Both the position numbers and the translations under genes were made by a program. 25,372 nucleotides of DNA from NCBI GenBank assembly GCA_031362565.1, contig JANLSU010000093.1, positions 1 through 25,372 on the forward strand, written 5' to 3'. The stretch is from a bacterium (GTDB lineage: Bacteria; Krumholzibacteriota; Krumholzibacteriia; G020349025). Each line of letters opens with the position of its first letter. The first letter of the stretch is position 1. Under the pieces are notes generated by a model. It was not told where the DNA came from. It ran no database searches and was given only the letters and a program-made list of their open reading frames with translations. This document shows positions 19,159 to 25,372 of this stretch, piece by piece.

Positions 19159-19935
19159 TCAGCGGAGCGGCACCGCGAAACGCAGCTGCACGAAAGACTC
19201 CGCGGCGCGGTCACGTCGCGGGCCGGCCTCGACGCCACCGGCCACCGTGGCGCGGATCCCGGCCGTGGCGAAGTGCGTCACGCTCGCAACGATGCCGGCG
19301 CGCGTCGCGCCGCCGTCGAACCAGTCGAAATCGCTTCTCAGCCTCGTGCCCCAGTTCGTCGCGCGCCGCGCCAGTTGCGCCCAAGCGCGGGTCGCGTGCG
19401 GCACTTGGGCATGGGAAAGCCCCGCGGAGGGCTCGGTCCACGAACCGCCGCCGCCCAGGAAGAGCGCCAGAGATGGCGCGCCAAAGGCAACGACACCCCA
19501 GAGTTCGAGTTCTTGGCCGCCAAACGCATACGGAAAGAGCTTGGCGCTCGCGGTTGGCAGCCGGGCAGCGCCTTCAACGAAGAGCCGCGCCAAGGTCGAA
19601 TCGCGGCCTGCGAGCCGCAGGCGCGCGAAGAACTTGGGGTCGCCGAATCCGGAGGCTTCGCCATTCGGACTGCGTACCGAGACGAAACTCCAGGTGGCAC
19701 CCAGCCGGAGCGGCCCCTTGCGCCACGGCGCCAGCGCCGTTTGAAAAACGGCCGCGGCACGCGGTGCCGGCACGTACATCGCCGCGAATCCAAACTGGAG
19801 GGTGGTGTCGGCAAGATCGGGCGAGTACCAAGGGGCGTCCTCATGGACGAGCCCGCGGCTATACGCGGCCGGGCTGCAGAGGCCCAACACGGCGCTGAAC
19901 AGCGCCCCGCAACACGCATTTCGGAGAATGCGCAC
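19159..19935 (-). CDS. Putative outer-membrane beta-barrel (SphA/MetA-pathway-like) hypothetical protein
   Basis: Signal-peptide-like start (GTG 19935), alternating amphipathic strands, SGFGD and RLPTA motifs, C-terminal FVQLRFAVPLR. Start uncertain. Confidence 0.55.
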   Translation of the reverse strand: MRILRNACCGALFSAVLGLCSPAAYSRGLVHEDAPWYSPDLADTTLQFGFAAMYVPAPRAAAVFQTALAPWRKGPLRLGATWSFVSVRSPNGEASGFGDPKFFARLRLAGRDSTLARLFVEGAARLPTASAKLFPYAFGGQELELWGVVAFGAPSLALFLGGGGSWTEPSAGLSHAQVPHATRAWAQLARRATNWGTRLRSDFDWFDGGATRAGIVASVTHFATAGIRATVAGGVEAGPRRDRAAESFVQLRFAVPLR

Positions 19936-19985
19936 AGCCCATCGCCAGCGGCGAGAGAAACGTTCGGCGTGCGAGGCAGGTCGAA

Positions 19986-20423
19986 TCAGTGGCCTTCTCG
20001 AAGTGTCATCGAGTCGCCGCCGTCGAACTGAACGCGAATCGCCGTGCGGTGTCCCGGGAGCGCCGTCTTTTCGACGACCCGCCCGAACGCGTTGAGCGAC
20101 CGATGGTAGACGATTTCGCCGACCTGGTAGGTCAGCCCTGGCTCGTAGTCTCGCGCTGTTGCGCGCTCGGGCTCCGGAATGGCCACCGGTGTCTCGGTCA
20201 CGACCGACGCCGCTGTGGCTGTGGCCGTGGCCGCGATCACCGGCGGCTGTTCCGTTTCCTGAGGCTCGTCGCGCGACATCATATGCGGCAGGATGCCGTT
20301 GCAACGCGGACACTTGAGCCAGGTCACCTCGTGGTCTTGGACGGTATCGACTACCGCCATGTCCAGGGTGGCCTTGCAAACCGAGCAATATTGCCGGATA
20401 TTTCTCGCCTTCGACGAGATCAT
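19986..20423 (-). CDS. Hypothetical protein: N-terminal Zn ribbon (CSVC...CPRC), Ala/Thr/Pro/Glu linker, C-terminal SH3/Tudor-like domain
   Basis: Two CxxC pairs; tail YQVGEIVYHRSLNAFGRVVEK...IRVQFDGG resembles the PcrA/UvrD C-terminal Tudor pattern. Start ATG 20423 or 20438. Confidence 0.7.
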   Translation of the reverse strand: MISSKARNIRQYCSVCKATLDMAVVDTVQDHEVTWLKCPRCNGILPHMMSRDEPQETEQPPVIAATATATAASVVTETPVAIPEPERATARDYEPGLTYQVGEIVYHRSLNAFGRVVEKTALPGHRTAIRVQFDGGDSMTLREGH

Positions 20424-20464
20424 TTGTCCGCCCTGCATTCGAAGTCCGTGCGACGATCAGGCCA

Positions 20465-20656
20465 TTACGCGCTGCGCGCCACTTGCGCACAGCAATTCAG
20501 CGCATCTGCGTCGACTGCGTACCGCATGCCGCACGTTGGGCAGCGATGCCTACCGTCGATGCGTCCTTCTGATGCAGCTTTGGCAAGAAGCTTCGAAAAC
20601 CGAACGTAGTTCTTTTCGTTTTCGAGCACCAGCGTATCCGTTCCCGTCCCCTGCAT
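20465..20656 (-). CDS. Small (63 aa) putative Zn-finger protein
   Basis: GGGAGG-AAAA-ATG at 20656 gives MQGTGTDTLVLENEK...HRCPTCGMRYAVDADALNCCAQVARSA (CxxC-x12-CC). Confidence 0.65.
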   Translation of the reverse strand: MQGTGTDTLVLENEKNYVRFSKLLAKAASEGRIDGRHRCPTCGMRYAVDADALNCCAQVARSA

Positions 20657-20821
20657 TTTTCCTCCCAGTGGCGGAAAAACCCCATCAACCACACATCCGA
20701 ATACGAGATGTCCTTTTTCACAAGTGACATGGAGCAACTGGAATTCACACATCACGAACTCGCACGTTAGCCCAGAACGATGGCGCGGTCAAGACGCGAG
20801 CGCCGAATTGATCGAGTGTGG

Positions 20822-21979
20822 TCAGACAGACACGCCGGCCGGGATCTCGGCAAGCGCCTTGTCGACGTCACGCACGAGGTCCTCGACGTCCTCGATCCCC
20901 ACCGACAAGCGCACGAGTCCATCGGTGAGTCCGAAACGTGCACGATCTTCGACCGGTACCGACGCATGTGTCATCGTCGCAGGATGACACACTAGACTTT
21001 CGACACCGCCGAGGCTCTCCGCCAGTGCGAAAACCCGGAGCGCCTCCATAAACCGGCGCGCCGCTTCGAGACTTCCCAGCTCGATGGACACGATCCCGCC
21101 GAATCCGCTCGCCTGCCGGCGCGCGAGTTCGTGCTGCGGGTGAGCCGGCAGCCCGGGATAATAGGTACGGCGGACGCGGGGATGGTTCTCCAAGAAACGC
21201 GCCAGCTCGCCGGCATTCCGGTCGTGGGCCTGCATGCGCAGCGCCAGCGTCTTGACGCCGCGCAACACGAGCCAGCAGTCCATCGGACCCGGCACCGCAC
21301 CGGCCGCATTTTGCAGGAAGGCGAGGCGCTCGGCGAGCGCCGAATCGTTCACGACGACCACACCGCCCACCATGTCGCTATGCCCGTTGAGGTATTTCGT
21401 AGTGCTGTGCAGGACGACATCGGCCCCCAGCGCGAGCGGCCGCTGGAAGTACGGCGTCATGAACGTGTTGTCGACCGCGACCTGGATCCCGCGTGGCTGT
21501 ACGAGACGGCAGAGTGCGGCGATGTCACACAGCTTCATCATGGGATTCGTGGGGCTCTCGAGCAACAGGAGCCGGGTCGTCGGACGCAGCGCCTTCTCGA
21601 CCGTCTCGATCGACGCGGTGTCGACGAATGAAAACTCGAGACCGAATCGCTTCCAGACCTTGTCGGCGAGCCGGAACGTGCCGCCGTAGACATTGTCGGT
21701 GACGATCACATGATCGCCGCCGTTCAGGAGCTGGAAGACGGTGCCGATGGCAGCGAGGCCCGAAGCGAAAGCAAACGCACTCGCCCCGCCTTCCAAAGCC
21801 GCCAAGTTGCGCTCGAGAGCGTGCCGCGTCGGGTTTTGAGTCCGTGCATACTCGTAGCCTTTGTGCCGGCCCAAACCGTCCTGCACGTAGGTCGAGGTCT
21901 GGTAGATCGGTGGCATGATGGCGCCGGTGCTCGGGTCCGGAAACTGTCCGGCGTGCACGGCATCAGTGCTGAAGCCCAT
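20822..21979 (-). CDS. Cystathionine gamma-lyase / gamma-synthase (PLP transsulfuration family)
   Basis: PPIYQTSTY, YEYARTQNPTR, FASGLAA, ESPTNP, VDNTF, HSTTKYLNGHSD, LAESLGGVESL, RLSVGIED. Position after CBS favours gamma-lyase activity. Confidence 0.93.
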   Translation of the reverse strand: MGFSTDAVHAGQFPDPSTGAIMPPIYQTSTYVQDGLGRHKGYEYARTQNPTRHALERNLAALEGGASAFAFASGLAAIGTVFQLLNGGDHVIVTDNVYGGTFRLADKVWKRFGLEFSFVDTASIETVEKALRPTTRLLLLESPTNPMMKLCDIAALCRLVQPRGIQVAVDNTFMTPYFQRPLALGADVVLHSTTKYLNGHSDMVGGVVVVNDSALAERLAFLQNAAGAVPGPMDCWLVLRGVKTLALRMQAHDRNAGELARFLENHPRVRRTYYPGLPAHPQHELARRQASGFGGIVSIELGSLEAARRFMEALRVFALAESLGGVESLVCHPATMTHASVPVEDRARFGLTDGLVRLSVGIEDVEDLVRDVDKALAEIPAGVSV

Positions 21980-22030
21980 GAGAACTGCCTTTCGCAGCCG
22001 AGCGCGGCGCAAATTTGGCGCGGTGGCCGC

Positions 22031-23416
22031 CTACAGAATATAGTCGATCAGGTCGAAGCGCGTCAGGATCCCGACGATCCGGTCCTCGTCGCGCACCAGC
22101 ACGGCGCCGCCGTCGCGTTGCGCGAGAAACTGTTTGGCCTGAGTGGCCGTTTCGCGCACCTGGATCTCGGGCAGCGGTGCATCCATGACCTCGGTCACGC
22201 TGCGGTCGAGAAGCGCCCCATCTTCGAGTGCCTGGCGCAGGATCCGCGCCTCGTTGACGACGCCGACATTGCGCCCGTCTTGCAACACCGGCAAGTGTGA
22301 AACGTCATATTGGCGGATGAGGCCCACGGCTTCGCGCACCGAACTGTGGGCTTCGACGGCGACCAGGCGCGGCAGGCCGGTCCCGCGCCGCTCGAGCACA
22401 TCGCTCACCGACGGGTCGAAGCCATCGAGCAGGCGGTTTTCCTTCATCCATTCATCCGAGTGAACCTTGCTCAGGTAGCGCTCCCCGGTGTCCGGCATGA
22501 GCACCACGATCACGGCATCGGCGGGCGCCCGCCGGGCGACTTCGAGCGCGCCGACCATCGCCGCGCCACCCGAACTGCCGACCAGAATGCCTTCCTCGCG
22601 CGCCAGCCGGCGCGCCATGTTGAGCGCCTGCCGGTCGTTCACCGTGATGACCTCGTCGACGAACTGCTTGTGCAGCGTCGTCGGGATAAAGTCCTCGCCA
22701 ATGCCTTCGGTCTTGTAGGTGTGAGAGGGCCCGAGCGTGCCATGGTCGACGTATTCCTTCAGCATCGAGCCTTCGGGGTCGACACCGACGATTTTGACGT
22801 TCGGATTCTGCTCCTTGAGATACTTGCCCGTGCCGCTGATCGTGCCGCAGGTGCCCATGCCGCAGACGAAATAGTCGATTCGGCCGCGCGTTTGCCGCCA
22901 GATCTCGGGTCCGGTCGTCTTGTAGTGCGACGCCGGATTCACCTGGTTGTCGTACTGGTTGGTGTGCACCGAGTTCGGAGTTTCCTCGACGACGCGGCGC
23001 GCAACGCTGTAGTAGCTCTCGGGCGATTCGGGCGCCACGGCGGTGGGCGTGACGATGACGCGGGCGCCATAGGCCTTGAGCAGGCGGATCTTTTCTTGGG
23101 ACATCTTGTCGGGCATCGCGAAGGTGGCGCGGTAGCCCTTGATGGCGCAGGCGAGCGCGATTCCGACGCCCGTATTGCCGGACGTGCACTCGACCACCAT
23201 ACCGCCGGGTTTCAGTTTCCCCTGCCGCTCGAAATCCTCCACCATCTCGAGGCCGATGCGGTCCTTGACACTACCGCCCGGGTTGAAATACTCGAGCTTC
23301 GCGATGACCATGGCGTCGATTCCCGCCGCGACCCGGTTGAGGCGCACGAGCGGCGTGTTGCCGATGGTCTGCAGAATGTTGTCGCGAACGTCCCAGTCGG
23401 TCGGAATGGGTCTCAT
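22031..23416 (-). CDS. cbs: Cystathionine beta-synthase (heme-less) with C-terminal CBS-domain pair
   Basis: [55 protein letters not shown], and a Bateman module ending GILTRFDLI. Confidence 0.92.
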   Translation of the reverse strand: MRPIPTDWDVRDNILQTIGNTPLVRLNRVAAGIDAMVIAKLEYFNPGGSVKDRIGLEMVEDFERQGKLKPGGMVVECTSGNTGVGIALACAIKGYRATFAMPDKMSQEKIRLLKAYGARVIVTPTAVAPESPESYYSVARRVVEETPNSVHTNQYDNQVNPASHYKTTGPEIWRQTRGRIDYFVCGMGTCGTISGTGKYLKEQNPNVKIVGVDPEGSMLKEYVDHGTLGPSHTYKTEGIGEDFIPTTLHKQFVDEVITVNDRQALNMARRLAREEGILVGSSGGAAMVGALEVARRAPADAVIVVLMPDTGERYLSKVHSDEWMKENRLLDGFDPSVSDVLERRGTGLPRLVAVEAHSSVREAVGLIRQYDVSHLPVLQDGRNVGVVNEARILRQALEDGALLDRSVTEVMDAPLPEIQVRETATQAKQFLAQRDGGAVLVRDEDRIVGILTRFDLIDYIL

Positions 23417-23517
23417 GGTGTGGGCCGGCGAGGCCCATCTCCCTTCGTCGAGCAGTGCGGTGGTGCGCGATCACCGTCGCGAGACTACGGCGCGCGGCGA
23501 CGGGCGTCAACGGCGAC

Positions 23518-23535
23518 GGCACTCAGTAGAGTGCC
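23518..23535. promoter_or_regulatory. Inverted repeat GGCACTC-N4-GAGTGCC between divergent cbs and acyP (candidate operator)
   Basis: Perfect 7-bp arms; the half-site GAGTGCC recurs at 23572-23578 inside the acyP promoter candidate. Confidence 0.4.
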
Positions 23536-23555
23536 CCCTTTTGGCGCGCACCGTG

Positions 23556-23584
23556 TTGACCCTGAACAGCGGAGTGCCGATACT
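23556..23584 (+). promoter_or_regulatory. Candidate sigma70 promoter for acyP (TTGACC-N17-GATACT)
   Basis: 17-nt spacing, immediately upstream of AGGAG RBS and ATG 23600. Confidence 0.4.
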
Positions 23585-23599
23585 GCGCCAGGAGTGACG

Positions 23600-23884
23600 A
23601 TGACCGAACGCGGTTTCCAAGCCATCGTGCGCGGGCGCGTGCAGGGCGTGGGTTTTCGCATGTTCGTGCGCCACGAAGCGCTGCGCCTCGGGTTGTGCGG
23701 CTACACGCGCAATCTGCCGGACGGAACGGTCGAAGTGGTCGCCACCGGCAAGGTGCCGGACCTGGAATTGTTCATGGCGCGGTTGCGCACCGGTCCACCG
23801 GACGCCCGCGTCGAATCGATTGAGATCCACCCGGCCCCTGACCTGCCGGCGCTGGCGCGCTTCCGCTTCGAAGTTCGCGGCTGA
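23600..23884 (+). CDS. acyP: Acylphosphatase
   Basis: [42 protein letters not shown]. Confidence 0.95.
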   Translation: MTERGFQAIVRGRVQGVGFRMFVRHEALRLGLCGYTRNLPDGTVEVVATGKVPDLELFMARLRTGPPDARVESIEIHPAPDLPALARFRFEVRG

Positions 23885-23910
23885 GAGAACCTTTCCCGAG
23901 AGGACGCCCG

Positions 23911-24480
23911 GTGATCCGCATCCCGATCCTGCACGACGACCCGAACGCCATCCCGGTGAATTCCAACTGCGGGCGCTGTACGGCTCTGTGCTGCAACTAT
24001 GTCTCGACGGAAATCGACGCGCCGACCACCGCCCGCGACTTCGACATCATTCGTTGGTATCTCATTCATCCCGGCGTGCGGGTCTACTGTGAAGACAACA
24101 GCGGGTCGTGGTTCGTGCAGTTCATGTCGCGCTGCCGTTTCCTGCAGCCCGACAATCTGTGCGGCATCTACGACACCCGGCCACAGATTTGCCGCGACCT
24201 CGATCCGACCCTGTGCGAATTCGCCCTCGGCGCCGGCGACCGGTACTTGTTCACAAGCGTCGAAGAATTCGACCGTTGGTTCGCCGAACGCGAGCGCCAG
24301 CGCCTCGAGCGCCGGGCCCGTTCAGCCGCCAGAAAGACGGCGCGCAAATCGCACGCCCCGTCGCGCCGGGTCCCGAGCCGAGCCCCCAGCCGCGCCCCCA
24401 GCAAGACAGCGAGCAAAGCATCGGGCCAGGCGCCGCGAAAGGCCGCCCGCAAAGCCCCGCGTCCAGCGATCGCTCGATAG
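23911..24480 (+). CDS. YkgJ-family cysteine-cluster (Zn/Fe) protein with basic low-complexity C-terminal tail
   Basis: CGRCTALCC...CRFL...CGIYDTRPQICR pattern; GAGGA RBS; tail of K/R/A/P/S tetrapeptide repeats. Confidence 0.88.
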   Translation: MIRIPILHDDPNAIPVNSNCGRCTALCCNYVSTEIDAPTTARDFDIIRWYLIHPGVRVYCEDNSGSWFVQFMSRCRFLQPDNLCGIYDTRPQICRDLDPTLCEFALGAGDRYLFTSVEEFDRWFAERERQRLERRARSAARKTARKSHAPSRRVPSRAPSRAPSKTASKASGQAPRKAARKAPRPAIAR

Positions 24481-24726
24481 GGCGGGCGCGCCGGGCGCAG
24501 CCGCATCGAAGCCGTCCCCCGCCGCGGTGTCAACGCGATCGACACCCCTCCGTCGCCCCTATGGACGATCGGCCCGCCGCCATTTCCCGTAGCCCACCGT
24601 CGCTAAGTCATCAAGGCTGAAAATAATCGTTCGTAGCCTCGCAAGATAGCAATGCCACGATCAAGACTCGATCTGCGTGCCGATCTGCCCTACCCGTTTG
24701 ATTGCAACGAGTAACAGCCCATCCGA

Positions 24727-24744
24727 ACTCGTTCCGGAACGAGT
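24727..24744. repeat. Perfect 18-bp palindrome ACTCGTTCCGGAACGAGT
   Basis: The sequence is its own reverse complement; intergenic. Confidence 0.8.
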
Positions 24745-24777
24745 CCCCCGCAAGATAACACCGAATGCGCTGATCCA

Positions 24778-25027
24778 ATCGCGACTGCGATTGCGGCTGC
24801 CGCTGGGGATACCGCTGCGCCTGGCACCGCGATTGCGATTGCGATTGCGCTTGCGCCTGGTTGCGATCGCGATCGCGACTGCGACTGTGGCTGCGATTGC
24901 GGCGTGCCTGTGGTTGCGGTTGAGGTTGCGGCTGCGGCTGCGCCTGCGCCTGCGGCTAGGTTGCGATTGCGCACTGTGCCTGCGGTTGCGCGGCGCTTGC
25001 AATCCCGATTCCGACTTCCGATTCCGG
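24778..25027. repeat. Degenerate hexanucleotide tandem-repeat tract (GATTGC/GACTGC/GGTTGC/GGCTGC/GCCTGC), ending in ATTCCG-type units
   Basis: Visible 6-nt periodicity over about 250 bp, with phase slips. Confidence 0.85.
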
Positions 25028-25372
25028 CTAGTCGCACGTCTTCGGGGGTGTGCGACCCCCCGACGGCTTGGTTATAGCGGGCGCGAACACGGCGGTGAAG
25101 ATCACCTCCTCATATCCCTTGATGCCCAGTTCGTCATAGGTCGGCACCTCGGGCAGCAGCGGCAGGCGCGCGGTTCCGTTGACGGCCACGATACGGATCT
25201 TTCCGGCCTTGGCGTGTTGCAGCATCGCGCCGACCGAACCGATGCCGCCGGCGATCTGCCCGCCCACCAGGTCCAGCGCCACCGGACCGTCGCCCCGGTA
25301 CGGCACAGACTTCAGGTCGGACCCCAGCGCGCTGGCCACCACCCCCACCGCGAAATCCGGAGCGCTCGCGGG
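25028..25372 (-). pseudogene. Truncated Bug/TctC tripartite tricarboxylate transporter substrate-binding protein fragment
   Basis: PASAPDFAVGVV...VPYRGDGPVALDLVGGQI...GKIRIVAV...RLPLLPEVPTYDELG...VFAPA matches Bug proteins; similarity ends abruptly near 25077, where GTP would be expected, and the frame stops at 25028. 5' part lies beyond the window. Confidence 0.75.

Noticed and set aside
20690..20760. CRP/Rex-like sites (TGTGA half-sites, TCAC-AA-GTGA) upstream of the small Zn-finger gene
   Set aside because: Half-sites are present, but spacing matches neither TGTGA-N6-TCACA nor TTGTGAA-N4-TTCACAA; too weak to call.
23518..23535. CIRCE (HrcA) element
   Set aside because: Spacer is 4 nt rather than 9, the outer TTA/TAA bases are absent, and no chaperone gene is adjacent.
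22310..23599. 524-aa ORF apparently fusing a long N-terminus to acylphosphatase
   Set aside because: The upstream part is antisense to cbs; acyP has its own RBS and ATG at 23600.
24640..24658. Minus-strand sigma54-like TGGCATTGCTATCTTGC
   Set aside because: GG-to-GC spacing is 12, not the required 10.
24480..25030. CRISPR array or Cys-rich metallothionein-like ORF in the repeat tract
   Set aside because: No 25-45 bp repeats with unique spacers; the xC-repeat reading shifts frame, contains stops and has no start or RBS.
25070..25078. Integron attC/attI core (GTTATAGC)
   Set aside because: No complementary inverse core within normal attC distance, and no integrase or cassette array.
25066..25105. 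5S rRNA-like words (GGTTATAGCG...CGAACACGGCGGTGAAG)
   Set aside because: The intervening helix/loop sequence is missing and the bases are explained by Bug codons on the opposite strand.

Overview
GC-rich bacterial chromosomal window. The C-terminal 'SWGAVKTLF' motif of one secreted protein, an alpha2-type GlyRS and TonB/beta-barrel genes suggest a diderm, possibly FCB-related (Krumholzibacteria/Latescibacteria/Eisenbacteria-like); this is inference only. 1-9.5 kb: surface-polysaccharide genes (partial methyltransferase on +; on -: two CapD/PglF-type 4,6-dehydratases, DegT aminotransferase, GT2, AsnB-type amidotransferase, GT4). 9.5-17 kb: secreted BNR-type beta-propeller, lower-GC class II Fic gene, TonB-dependent receptor, cyclophilin, PPC/DUF296 protein, glyQS. 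17.3-20.7 kb, the most unusual part: five co-oriented uncharacterised genes (small Zn-finger, Zn-ribbon+Tudor/SH3-like protein, beta-barrel, receiver+HisKA protein with no ATPase domain, ParB-like protein lacking the GxRR CTP-binding arginines). The last two each sit behind a sigma54 -24/-12 motif, and a third such motif precedes the polysaccharide operon. 20.8-24.5 kb: cystathionine beta-synthase + gamma-lyase/synthase, acylphosphatase, YkgJ protein with a basic tail. 24.5-25.4 kb: perfect palindrome, degenerate hexamer-repeat tract, hairpin, then an abrupt junction into a truncated Bug/TctC gene (possible chimera or insertion). No rRNA, tRNA, CRISPR array or transposase seen.
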